Source: a virus. Taken from it: DNA of 51,465 nucleotides. Each line of letters opens with the position of its first letter. Position 1 is the first letter of the stretch. Of the stretch, positions 8,167 through 16,796 are shown piece after piece. A model generated the notes under the pieces. That model did not search any database. It saw only the letters and a list, made by a program, of their open reading frames with translations, and had not been told where the DNA came from. The translations under genes were made by a program, and so were the position numbers. The stretch is from UHGV virus genome UHGV-0241168. The stretch is one strand, 5' to 3'.

Positions 8167-8637
8167 TTATATGGTCATGTTGATTCGCCAATACCCGTCG
8201 CTTCCTCTGACTGCTTTTGCGTATTTGTTGGCATCATCGGTGACGCCATATTTCACAGCTCGATAATCAATGACCTGCGGCCAATACCTAGCAAAATGTG
8301 CTTTAGAAGTTCCAGAATAGCTGAAACTCGATATTTGCCCATAAAAAATACCATTGATCTCAAAATATTTATTGGATAAAAGACTATTTTCGTTGGTGTC
8401 ATATGTTCTATCGGCTGGTAGGGTTATGGTCCCTCTCCCCGGTCCAAGAGTAATCTTTCCGTTTGCATCTACTACAGCCGTACTAGAATATGTTAATACG
8501 GTACCGGGCCTTATGTTGTTCAGATCAGAGGTTGAACTCCCCCTATTAGCAACTGCTTCTGCCACTTTATACACTTGCTTACCTTCATGACTTTCTGCTT
8601 CGCCAGATACAGGTCCAATAATCATGTTTTGAATCAT
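8167..8637 (-). CDS. Tail fibre-associated hypothetical protein
   Basis: 156 aa, AT-rich, N-terminus MIQNMIIG similar to neighbour MIANQMIIG. Confidence 0.65.
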   Translation of the reverse strand: MIQNMIIGPVSGEAESHEGKQVYKVAEAVANRGSSTSDLNNIRPGTVLTYSSTAVVDANGKITLGPGRGTITLPADRTYDTNENSLLSNKYFEINGIFYGQISSFSYSGTSKAHFARYWPQVIDYRAVKYGVTDDANKYAKAVRGSDGYWRINMTI

Positions 8638-8643
8638 CGAATA

Positions 8644-9042
8644 TCACCCTGCGTTTTCCACTTCCTGTATCACCACATACACCATCAAATTCCCTTTTGG
8701 AACCGTCTGGCAGGTGAAGGTAAGACTATTGGCGGCTTGTCCGGTGCAGAGGATTCCGGAAGCGAGGTAAGCGGCTTGGGAGGCAATAGCAGGCACGGGC
8801 TGAATCAGCTGCTTTGTCTCGTCTGCAAGTACTCCTGGAACAGTGATTGTCTGAGCATTTCCAGACCATGCAGACGCGAGAAGCGTCACACCATGCCCCA
8901 TCGGCTTTCCGCCCGCATTGGCGAGTACTTCCTGAAATTCTTCCTCCGTCCCCGTATATCCCCCATCAACCGCATACTGATAAGCTGATTTGCCGGGAAG
9001 ACCAATCCCGGCCACTTTTTTGCCGTTTACGTAGAGTGCCAT
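8644..9042 (-). CDS. Tail fibre-associated protein
   Basis: GKSAYQYAVDGGYTGTEEEF motif; beta-rich C-terminal domain. Confidence 0.75.
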   Translation of the reverse strand: MALYVNGKKVAGIGLPGKSAYQYAVDGGYTGTEEEFQEVLANAGGKPMGHGVTLLASAWSGNAQTITVPGVLADETKQLIQPVPAIASQAAYLASGILCTGQAANSLTFTCQTVPKGNLMVYVVIQEVENAG

Positions 9043-9051
9043 AGAGACCTC

Positions 9052-9795
9052 CTAATACTTGATGATGGGGGTTAGGGCGATGTTATAGGGGCGAATAGAA
9101 GAATTATAAGCATAAGAAGGTTCCGTTCCATCAACTCGGTTCGCAGTTTCGGTACCCTTCGAAATCCATTTATCTACATATTGTATGGGTGATGCCAGAA
9201 TGTGTAGATCGGTATTGCTGACTTCTATAGTAGTCGCTTCCTGCTTCTGTCCGAACGTGGCGGAGTACCCATCCTGAGACCCGGCACCACGAATAAACGC
9301 CGCCTGCAAGTTTGGAAGCGAAAAAGTCGTGCTTCCATCTCCCGCCCCAAACGTGGTTCCAATCTCCGCAAACAGGTCCGCGTACTCTGTACGGCTGACC
9401 GCGCTTCCATCGCAAATTAAGTACCCCTCCGGCGCTGTCTGTGTCGTCAGCCAGAATACAGACCCTACCGGAACGCCGGGGCCGCCTTTTGGCGCTGTGC
9501 TCAGTTCTGTAATGGCATCCTGTACGTTGGTAGCGGTCATGCCGGACTCCGTGTTGTCATAGGTGATCTTGGAGGCGCTTACATCATTCTCGCCATCTTC
9601 TGTGAAGGTGAGGGTAAACGGGGCGGCACCAAAGGATTCATTCATGGACATTACGCCCCCGCCATCTACGGTGACTGAATTCACAAGCGATGTATTAAAT
9701 TCATCTTCTGTGCCGGTATAGCCGCCATCCTTGGCCGATTCATAGGCCGATTTACCAGCCCCTGCCACCAGCTTTCCATTTACTTTGATTGCCAT
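9052..9795 (-). CDS. Tail fibre protein with phage tail collar domain
   Basis: PVGSV...APEGYLICDGSAVSRTEYADLFAEIGTTFGAGDGSTTFSLPNL..FIRG collar signature; ends RPYNIALTPIIKY. Confidence 0.88.
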   Translation of the reverse strand: MAIKVNGKLVAGAGKSAYESAKDGGYTGTEDEFNTSLVNSVTVDGGGVMSMNESFGAAPFTLTFTEDGENDVSASKITYDNTESGMTATNVQDAITELSTAPKGGPGVPVGSVFWLTTQTAPEGYLICDGSAVSRTEYADLFAEIGTTFGAGDGSTTFSLPNLQAAFIRGAGSQDGYSATFGQKQEATTIEVSNTDLHILASPIQYVDKWISKGTETANRVDGTEPSYAYNSSIRPYNIALTPIIKY

Positions 9796-9798
9796 TGT

Positions 9799-9951
9799 TT
9801 ACCCCACCATCTTATTCATCATTTCGCCCAGAACGCTGTACTCCTCCGGGGTCAGCCTGTCCGCCGCCAGATACACGTCCATCTTCTCCTGCAGGCCTTC
9901 CGTCCGGCCTCGGTCAATCAACAGCTTGCAAAGATTATACACAGTGGACAT
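9799..9951 (-). CDS. Small XkdX-like tail-associated protein (50 aa)
   Basis: Manual translation MSTVYNLCKLLIDRG...LTPEEYSVLGEMMNKMVG; AGAAAGGAG RBS. Confidence 0.65.
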   Translation of the reverse strand: MSTVYNLCKLLIDRGRTEGLQEKMDVYLAADRLTPEEYSVLGEMMNKMVG

Positions 9952-9969
9952 AGGGTTTCTCCTTTCTCA

Positions 9970-10149
9970 TCATAGGGTGGTGAGTTCCAGCATACACAGG
10001 CGTTCTTCGTGGTCCGCAAGCATATCCAGGGTAATGTCTTCCATAGAGAGAGCTGGTTCCAGATCTGTCTCCGGTTCTGGTTCCGGAATATCCATCATTT
10101 TTGCTTCTTTTGAACCATCTGATTTTAATACTGTAACAAGCTTTTTCAT
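9970..10149 (-). CDS. Small tail-fibre chaperone-like protein (59 aa)
   Basis: Manual translation MKKLVTVLK...DMLADHEERLCMLELTTL. Confidence 0.6.
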   Translation of the reverse strand: MKKLVTVLKSDGSKEAKMMDIPEPEPETDLEPALSMEDITLDMLADHEERLCMLELTTL

Positions 10150-10157
10150 TTTTGCAC

Positions 10158-10952
10158 CTACTTTACAACCCTGTAAATTTTTAATGATTGTCCAATGTTT
10201 AAATCGATACTGAAAATTGCAGTTTTGTAATTATCGGAATTACCAGTACAGTTGAAAAATTGAAGTCCATTGATATCGTGTACAATTATTTGTACACCTA
10301 CAGCATTACTTCCTGACACAGTACCAGAGAATCTAAAAACAAAAAATGATGGATGTTGTTGATCAATAACTATACTAGTTGTTGTTGAGTTAAATATGTA
10401 GTCTGAGCCAGCTTGTATCTTAGAGTATCTTCGTGAAGAAGAATGGGGAGAACTTAATTTTACAGAAGAAGCATTTCCACTGATACCAGAAATAGAAGCA
10501 ATAAAGGTTTCTCTTAAATCGTTTTCTGTAACTGCAAAAGCAAAAACATCAGAATCTTCCGTTGCTTCAAATTCATTGACTTTTTCCAAATAGGTGTTTT
10601 CGTCCATAAACGTTCCAATCTTTCCGAAAACATCATTTGGCATTGGATTCTCTGGTAGTCCAGGAAATAAAGCCGCCGTCTCAGCGCTCAACAGATCACT
10701 CTTGCTCATGATCGGCCCTACAACATTATCCTCGACATAGCCAAGAATTTGCCCTGCGGAGCCGTCTGGGAGACTTCCTCCCCCAGAACCAGCCTCCTCA
10801 GTAAACTCAATCGTGTACGGGCCGGAGCCGAGGGTTTCGGACATAGACACCTCACCACTGTTCTCCACAGTAATTGCCTGATTTGCTCTTGCGATTCCCG
10901 CGTCAATTTCCGGTCCCGTGTAGGCCCCGTTATATCCATCTGTTGTCGGCAT
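10158..10952 (-). CDS. Tail fibre / receptor-binding protein candidate
   Basis: YTGPEID N-terminus, G..GQIL motif, AT-rich C-terminal half. Confidence 0.7.
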   Translation of the reverse strand: MPTTDGYNGAYTGPEIDAGIARANQAITVENSGEVSMSETLGSGPYTIEFTEEAGSGGGSLPDGSAGQILGYVEDNVVGPIMSKSDLLSAETAALFPGLPENPMPNDVFGKIGTFMDENTYLEKVNEFEATEDSDVFAFAVTENDLRETFIASISGISGNASSVKLSSPHSSSRRYSKIQAGSDYIFNSTTTSIVIDQQHPSFFVFRFSGTVSGSNAVGVQIIVHDINGLQFFNCTGNSDNYKTAIFSIDLNIGQSLKIYRVVK

Positions 10953-10956
10953 ATGA

Positions 10957-11331
10957 TCACTCCCTCATGCAGAGATATGGCTCCCCATCGGCGGTAATGT
11001 AGGCTGTGCTGCCAACAGGAATATAATAGTAGTTGTCGTTCCAGCTTCCGTCTTCCCCCTGTGCAAAGAGGGAAATTCGATAGTTCCCGTCTCCATGAAC
11101 AAGGTAATCGTCATACACCTCGAAACTCCGCTGTGTGTTCGCCGGGGTGGTGGAGAAGGACGCGATCAGCGCCCCCTTCCCCACGCCGTACTCCTCCCCA
11201 GCCTTCGTAGCGCGGCACTCAAACGCCTGATAGGGAATATCTGACTGAAACGCCACAATGATATAATCAAAGCCAGACACAGCGGAGACCTTTTCTCCAG
11301 AAATAGAGAATGTCAGCTTTGGGGCCGCCAT
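10957..11331 (-). CDS. Ig-like virion protein
   Basis: MAAPKLTFS start; beta-sandwich pattern, GDGNYRISLFAQ. Confidence 0.65.
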   Translation of the reverse strand: MAAPKLTFSISGEKVSAVSGFDYIIVAFQSDIPYQAFECRATKAGEEYGVGKGALIASFSTTPANTQRSFEVYDDYLVHGDGNYRISLFAQGEDGSWNDNYYYIPVGSTAYITADGEPYLCMRE

Positions 11332-11993
11332 TATGCCACACTCCAAATGCCTGCGGCAGTCTTGACGAAGACCTTGACAATCTTCACGCCGTCTCCGGTA
11401 GACGCGCTCTCCAAATCGGTTCCGTTAATCGTAACCTGGATATTAGTGGTGGCGGGATAATTGCCTTCGTTTCCGCTGGTGTTGATGGAGCCGCCAGTGG
11501 TGGGGATCAGGGTGCCCGCATCCTGCTCGCTGGAATTGGCAGGAACCACGCAAACCTTGTACTCGTCAAACTCCACATCGGAAGTAAAGTTGATAACAGA
11601 CTGATTGAATCCCGCAATCTTGGAAATCTTGCTCTTGTCCGGGCCGGTGACTGTGACCACGGGAACCGTAGTGTTGAGAGTGATATCATCCGTCACCTCG
11701 GCGCTCTCGTTGCCCACATCGTCACGGACCTTGATATGTACAGTCTTCAGGCCATCCCCAGAAGTCAGGTTGACGCTCTTGCTGGTGGCAAAGGTCTCCC
11801 AGCTGGCGGACTCTTCCTCCGCGACACCATCAATTCCCCAGATTTTCATCTGGTAGCCGGTGGTCTGCTCGTCGCTGACTCCAATGGTCAGCTTTACCGC
11901 TGTACTGGTCGCATACAGTGCCCCATCATTGATTTGCAGTGTCAGGCCAGACGGTGCGGTGGTATCAAGAGTTAGGTTAAAATAGCTTGCCAT
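11331..11993 (-). CDS. Ig-like domain virion protein
   Basis: LDTTAP and repeated GDG.K.V.(I/V).V motifs typical of bacterial Ig-like repeats. Confidence 0.75.
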   Translation of the reverse strand: MASYFNLTLDTTAPSGLTLQINDGALYATSTAVKLTIGVSDEQTTGYQMKIWGIDGVAEEESASWETFATSKSVNLTSGDGLKTVHIKVRDDVGNESAEVTDDITLNTTVPVVTVTGPDKSKISKIAGFNQSVINFTSDVEFDEYKVCVVPANSSEQDAGTLIPTTGGSINTSGNEGNYPATTNIQVTINGTDLESASTGDGVKIVKVFVKTAAGIWSVA

Positions 11994-12137
11994 TTACTGA
12001 CTCTCCTTTGTGTCAAGTTGGATATATACATAGGCCCCTGGCCTTTCATAAACATTCTCGCTGCCAGCCATGATGGTTTTAATCCCCATCTCTCCCAGCA
12101 TCAAGGTCTCTATGGTCTCTGTTCCTGCATAAATCAT
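11994..12137 (-). CDS. Small tail-associated protein (47 aa)
   Basis: Manual translation MIYAGTETIETLMLGEMGIK...; fills the gap, stop abuts the next start. Confidence 0.6.
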   Translation of the reverse strand: MIYAGTETIETLMLGEMGIKTIMAGSENVYERPGAYVYIQLDTKESQ

Positions 12138-12141
12138 TTTG

Positions 12142-12819
12142 CTACCCCCGAATCAGATAGAGCGTGGTGGGGCTCTTTGTGGGAAGCTCCTCATATTCCT
12201 GCCTGTCCATCACACGGATCACTGATATCTCCGGAGATGATACATTGCCGGAACCGGAGCCTCCCAAAACCCACTCCGCAGCGCCGTCCAGAACACCCAG
12301 AAACTTTCCTTCGTCCTCTGGGGTAATTTCCGGCACTCCATCTCCGGGCGGTCCCTGTGGCCCCTCCGGGCCGGGTTCTCCATCAAACTTTCCGGCATCC
12401 GCGTCATCCCGTACACTCTGCGCAATCTTTTCCGCCTGTTCGGCGGCTTCTAAAATCTGACTGTACACATCTGGCGTGGGAGGCTGCGCGTTGCTGCCCA
12501 GCGACACGCCCTCCCGAATTTCTCCCAGCTGCGCCCAGATGGTGGGGAGAACGACTGTGCCGCCCTTTGTTCCATATACGCCAACCGACAGGTTTCGTCC
12601 CGGATTCTCCAATACCTCCCACGGAATTTGGCACTCGTTAGAGTCGTCCAACACCACGGAAATTTGATCGTCGCCCGCGTGGAATACCGCCGTCCTGTCC
12701 AGGCCATCCCAATCCGAGTTGAAGGAAAATCGAACCATGTAGACATTAACGGAACCACTGGTCACGCCCTCTTTTGCGCAGACTTCCAAATATATTTTGT
12801 TGGCTTGTAGATGGAACAT
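12142..12819 (-). CDS. BppU-like baseplate/upper fibre protein with short collagen-like repeat
   Basis: F...WDGL..TAVF...CQIPWEVL N-terminal domain, GEPGPEGPQGPPG, C-terminal YEELPTKSPTTLYLI. Confidence 0.72.
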   Translation of the reverse strand: MFHLQANKIYLEVCAKEGVTSGSVNVYMVRFSFNSDWDGLDRTAVFHAGDDQISVVLDDSNECQIPWEVLENPGRNLSVGVYGTKGGTVVLPTIWAQLGEIREGVSLGSNAQPPTPDVYSQILEAAEQAEKIAQSVRDDADAGKFDGEPGPEGPQGPPGDGVPEITPEDEGKFLGVLDGAAEWVLGGSGSGNVSSPEISVIRVMDRQEYEELPTKSPTTLYLIRG

Positions 12820-12882
12820 GATGCACCTCTTTCGGACGCTGAATTAGGAATAAATTACTGGAATAACTCCGCACAAAGGCAA

Positions 12883-13650
12883 TTAAAATATGTCGAATTC
12901 AATGTTATACACACTGTAGCCAGGTTTTGCGATAAAGGCTCCGTAGGAAATTCTATATCCAGAAACGTCCTTAGTAGTGTCTACCCAGTATGTATTATCA
13001 AAGCCTTCAATAACTTTAGGGCGAAACTGATTGTTGTTTGAGTCCATAATGTTAACAAAAATAACAGTACCAGGAACATAAACCGATATGACATCATTAA
13101 CAACTTGATTATATCTTTGTATAAGTCCTGCGGGTGATACAAACTCAACAATATCCGTCGCGCTTCTAACACGAAGGGTGCCTGTGAAAAACTGTGATAA
13201 TTGTCCTGTACCACTCACCTTTACCCCCGCCTCGCTGGTAAAGGTCTTTCCTGCGGCTACGTCTGCGGCGGTGGCGTTGCCAAAGTTGCTAATTGGACAC
13301 ATCATATTAAGTATCGAATCTTTTCGCATGATTCTGTCCATTTCAAATGTGTAGTCCAGCTGAAGATTGGTACTGTTTAGTGTTGGGGTCGTATCTATCA
13401 CCGTATAACCGGAACCTGCGGTACTTTCTCTTAATGTCCCCGTCACAATCTCGCCATTCTGGTCAATCAGCTGCTTCCCCTGTGCCATATCTGCCGCCGT
13501 GCCGGGATTTGTCAATGTTGGAAGCTGCGTCCCCGTCTCAATCGCCGCGATTCTCGCCGGGAAATCATTGGCAGCAATAGGGTCAGAGCTGCCTTCTTTC
13601 GCTCTAATAGCGTCCGCAATCGCTTTCAGCTTGTCCCCCTGAGTGCTCAA
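12883..13650 (-). CDS. Tail fibre-associated protein
   Basis: LKAIADAIRAK N-terminus, AADV..GKT repeats, AT-rich C-terminus; TTG start after GGAGG. Confidence 0.72.
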   Translation of the reverse strand: MSTQGDKLKAIADAIRAKEGSSDPIAANDFPARIAAIETGTQLPTLTNPGTAADMAQGKQLIDQNGEIVTGTLRESTAGSGYTVIDTTPTLNSTNLQLDYTFEMDRIMRKDSILNMMCPISNFGNATAADVAAGKTFTSEAGVKVSGTGQLSQFFTGTLRVRSATDIVEFVSPAGLIQRYNQVVNDVISVYVPGTVIFVNIMDSNNNQFRPKVIEGFDNTYWVDTTKDVSGYRISYGAFIAKPGYSVYNIEFDIF

Positions 13651-14261
13651 TAGCTCGCCTCCCAACTGTCCAGGATCGCCGCCTGAATAGAGGTATCTGT
13701 GTGGCTCTTCGCGGAGTCCAGAATCCCGTCCGCGTAAGTAAAAATATCCGTGTTCTTATTCTTCGTGTCGTATACGCTTTTCAGCATATCGCCGGAGCCG
13801 ATGCCGTCCGCGCCATTGTACACGGTAAATGTTCCAATCGCTTCATCGTCCGAATCGTACATCGTGTAGGTGTCTGTGGTTCCCGCCGCTCCGGTACCGC
13901 TGGTGCGCGTAATGCTTTTTACAGACGTTCCCTGCGGGCCGACAGGACCCTCCGCCTGAATGGTGGTATCTTCATAGGCCCCGGTTCCGCTGTTCCATAC
14001 CTGCCAGAAGCCCGTCTCCTCGTTCACCTGGGGCGGGTGGGCTGTTACCTGCGCCGCCGCTTCTGCAGTCTCTGCGGCCTCCTGCGCTTTTTCCGCCGCG
14101 TCCACAGCCGCTTGTACATTGGCGTTAGCTGCTTCCTTGGCAAATGACGCAACCTGCGCGCCCGTCACTTTGGAGGCCACCCCCTGCTGCTCCGCAACAA
14201 AGAGGGAGTCATTGTCGATGCTCTCCACTGCCGGGAGTGTGCTGATATTCTTATCGGCCAT
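13647..14261 (-). CDS. Tail fibre/baseplate protein
   Basis: MADKNISTLP start, Ala-rich coil, GDMLKSVYD motif. Confidence 0.72.
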   Translation of the reverse strand: MADKNISTLPAVESIDNDSLFVAEQQGVASKVTGAQVASFAKEAANANVQAAVDAAEKAQEAAETAEAAAQVTAHPPQVNEETGFWQVWNSGTGAYEDTTIQAEGPVGPQGTSVKSITRTSGTGAAGTTDTYTMYDSDDEAIGTFTVYNGADGIGSGDMLKSVYDTKNKNTDIFTYADGILDSAKSHTDTSIQAAILDSWEASY

Positions 14262-14400
14262 CGTGTTCCTCCTTGAGATTTGCGGATGCTTTCCGCAGCT
14301 TGCTCTTGGCTGCTGCCATCACTTCTACCGCGTCTCCATTCACAGAAAGCGTTGAAAGAATGGCAATCGCATCATCAATCAATTTCTTTGTCTCTTCCAT
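14251..14400 (-). CDS. Small hypothetical protein (49 aa)
   Basis: Manual translation MEETKKLIDDAIAIL...; GGAGGG RBS. Confidence 0.6.
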   Translation of the reverse strand: MEETKKLIDDAIAILSTLSVNGDAVEVMAAAKSKLRKASANLKEEHDGR

Positions 14401-14401
14401 A

Positions 14402-15754
14402 TCAGCCCTCCAAAGCTTTCAATCGTTGTTCCAACTGCTGAATTTTCGCCGTCAGCACCGCGACAAACTCTCCATAAGAAAGGCCATACCGCCCCTCGTC
14501 ATCTACGGACAAGGCCGCGAAATCATCCAGCGGCATCCCGATTTCATTTAAAACATCCTCCACATCCTGTGCGATAAAGCCCAGGTGGCGCTTGGCTTCT
14601 TTCCCTTTATAGAGAAAGCTCACTGGGTTCAGCCGGTCAAACAGAGAGATATATTTTTCAGCAACATCATACCGAATGTCATCCTTTGCGTTCCGATCAG
14701 AAGTCACATTCAGCTCCACATCTGATGTAAAGCGGTTTGCGTACACATTGACGGCATTTCGGGTGTCCAGTGTAATATTGGTTGCCACAACGACCTCGCC
14801 ATTATCGGTGGTCATACGAACGCCGCCGCTAGTAGCAACTACCTGATTTTCACTGACAGCTTCAATCATACCCATCCCATAGGTGCGGGAGCCGTTATAA
14901 TCGTAGCTGGTCACATACCCGATGTAGCCGCCCAGGTCAGCCCTGGAACTAAGGCTCTCATAGACTGCCATTTCTCCGCCCAGCCGGATATATTCTGCGG
15001 AGACCTCGCCAGTCAAAATGTTGTCTCCGGAAATCATGGTGGAGCCGTCGGTCAGGCTGGACTCAAACACCACATCCCCAGTAAATCGAATGACCTGCGA
15101 GGCAACCGTAACGCCGCCCACAGAGAGATCAATATACGAGCGGTCTGTGCCGTTTTGCACTGTGAGTGTGATGTTGTTCACCTTTTGCGAAATCGTGGAA
15201 ACCTGTCCATTCAACCCCTGCACTGTGGATGTAATGCTGTCCAACTGAACGGAAATGCTGGATGACAGACCTTCAATCTCGTTTTCCACTTCCAGACGGA
15301 TTTCTTCCGCCGTTTTTGTGATTGTGGAACGGGTCTCTGCGATCTTGCGATTAAACTCCTGCGTCATGGGACCTGCGGAAGGGTACTCGTCCTCAAGCTC
15401 TACTTCTCCGGGGGCGGAGATGCTTGGGAATCCCTCTCCGTCGTCCTCAAGTCTGGAAATGAAAGAATACAGGCCGCTAACAGTCACGCCGTCTCCAAGT
15501 TCAGCCGACGGGTCCAAATTGGCCGCATCCGCGGTAAACGACTGATACTCATAGCCTTGCAGCTGTGAAAGAATCGCGTTGACCATCGTCTGGGTTGCGT
15601 GGGGACAGGACGCCGTGATTTCAAGACCTGTATCATCCCCTGCTGTCAATACATTTTCATCATCCACCATCAGTGTCACACGGGAGATGGGCTTATATTT
15701 CCCGGTATTCTCAAAGCCTGTGATGTCCAGGCCGACAAAGAATTGTTCAGACAA
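14402..15754 (-). CDS. Tail tip/spike protein with C-terminal intramolecular chaperone (peptidase S74-like)
   Basis: SDRNAKDDI autocleavage motif, HLGFIAQDV, LSYGEFVAVL and terminal coiled coil. Confidence 0.82.
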   Translation of the reverse strand: MSEQFFVGLDITGFENTGKYKPISRVTLMVDDENVLTAGDDTGLEITASCPHATQTMVNAILSQLQGYEYQSFTADAANLDPSAELGDGVTVSGLYSFISRLEDDGEGFPSISAPGEVELEDEYPSAGPMTQEFNRKIAETRSTITKTAEEIRLEVENEIEGLSSSISVQLDSITSTVQGLNGQVSTISQKVNNITLTVQNGTDRSYIDLSVGGVTVASQVIRFTGDVVFESSLTDGSTMISGDNILTGEVSAEYIRLGGEMAVYESLSSRADLGGYIGYVTSYDYNGSRTYGMGMIEAVSENQVVATSGGVRMTTDNGEVVVATNITLDTRNAVNVYANRFTSDVELNVTSDRNAKDDIRYDVAEKYISLFDRLNPVSFLYKGKEAKRHLGFIAQDVEDVLNEIGMPLDDFAALSVDDEGRYGLSYGEFVAVLTAKIQQLEQRLKALEG

Positions 15755-16424
15755 GAATTCTGTCACCTCCAAAGGTGATGGCGTCTCCGTGTTCATCCAC
15801 TAAATAATTTGTTTCCGGAGGAGCGGACAGGAGCGGAACCAGATATAAGGTATTTGCGTCTGTTATCATCCAGTTCCCCGCATGGGCGGCGGCGATAAAA
15901 CACAGTTCGTTCCGGATGGTGTAATCGTTGGCCGGATAATCAATGGTGTAGTTGGCGTTCAGCGCCGTCCGGCTGTCCAGCGTTACTCCCAGAATGCGGC
16001 AGAACTCCGCAACAGCGTCCGGCATGGTCATGGGAAATTCCAGGCTCTGGTCCGGCTCCCAAACCACCTCCGCCTTGCGCATGGCATCATAGGCTTCCAG
16101 CGTCCAATAGCTGTCGTCCTCGCTCCTGCGGTTGGTGAAGAATGTGCCCTTCGGAATCCATTCGGAAACCTGTGTCCCATTTTTCAGGCGGATATACCGC
16201 TTGATGGTCGCCGCCTTTGGAATGTTGTCTGTAAAAAGGCTGATTTTCAAGCTGGCGGTGTATGCGTTGCCAATTCCGAAATCCTCAAACAGGCCGTTGC
16301 TGTAAGAGTGCTCCACTTCCTGATCTGGACCGTACTCAACGCCATTAATCTCAAACTTGTATTCCCGCTCTGTGTTTGGCATCCTCCAAAGGCTTTTCCA
16401 AAGTTCGCTTGTCGTCTGTGCCAT
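15747..16424 (-). CDS. Tail hub/baseplate protein
   Basis: Second gene after tape measure; MAQTTSELW start. Confidence 0.68.
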   Translation of the reverse strand: MAQTTSELWKSLWRMPNTEREYKFEINGVEYGPDQEVEHSYSNGLFEDFGIGNAYTASLKISLFTDNIPKAATIKRYIRLKNGTQVSEWIPKGTFFTNRRSEDDSYWTLEAYDAMRKAEVVWEPDQSLEFPMTMPDAVAEFCRILGVTLDSRTALNANYTIDYPANDYTIRNELCFIAAAHAGNWMITDANTLYLVPLLSAPPETNYLVDEHGDAITFGGDRILV

Positions 16425-16426
16425 AG

Positions 16427-16795
16427 CTACACCTCTATGATATTGAAAGACGCTCCCTCCCAAATATCAGTATCGCCGTCCCATACTTCGCTGATATTGG
16501 CATTGAACGAGGAGCAGTAAAAGGTCTTGGTCATGGTACCATGCAGATCACGGTATGTAGCTGGAAACGTGGCGGCGCTTAAATCATCATCCAGCTGCGC
16601 TAAAAGCTCGCGGTTCATTCCTAGCATGGTATAAGACAGCTTTCGCTTGGTTGTAATCTTATGGCGGCGCATTTTCCCATTTTTTGTGCGGGTCGTTTTA
16701 TCGCTGTCTAGGTCCTCCCTGCTCCAGCCAAAGCCTTTGCTCTTCACATATGGGGAATAGTCGTGCCCGTTGATTTTCAAAATCTCCATATCCAC
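16427..16795 (-). CDS. Distal tail (Dit)-like protein
   Basis: 122 aa right after tape measure; DLDS..T.RT..G.M.R motif. Confidence 0.7.
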   Translation of the reverse strand: MDMEILKINGHDYSPYVKSKGFGWSREDLDSDKTTRTKNGKMRRHKITTKRKLSYTMLGMNRELLAQLDDDLSAATFPATYRDLHGTMTKTFYCSSFNANISEVWDGDTDIWEGASFNIIEV

Positions 16796-16796
16796 C

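Noticed and set aside
7600..14261. Diversity-generating retroelement or invertible tail-fibre switch
   Set aside because: No reverse transcriptase or serine invertase in the genome; shared motifs are diverged protein modules, not adenine-specific TR/VR pairs or inverted crossover sites
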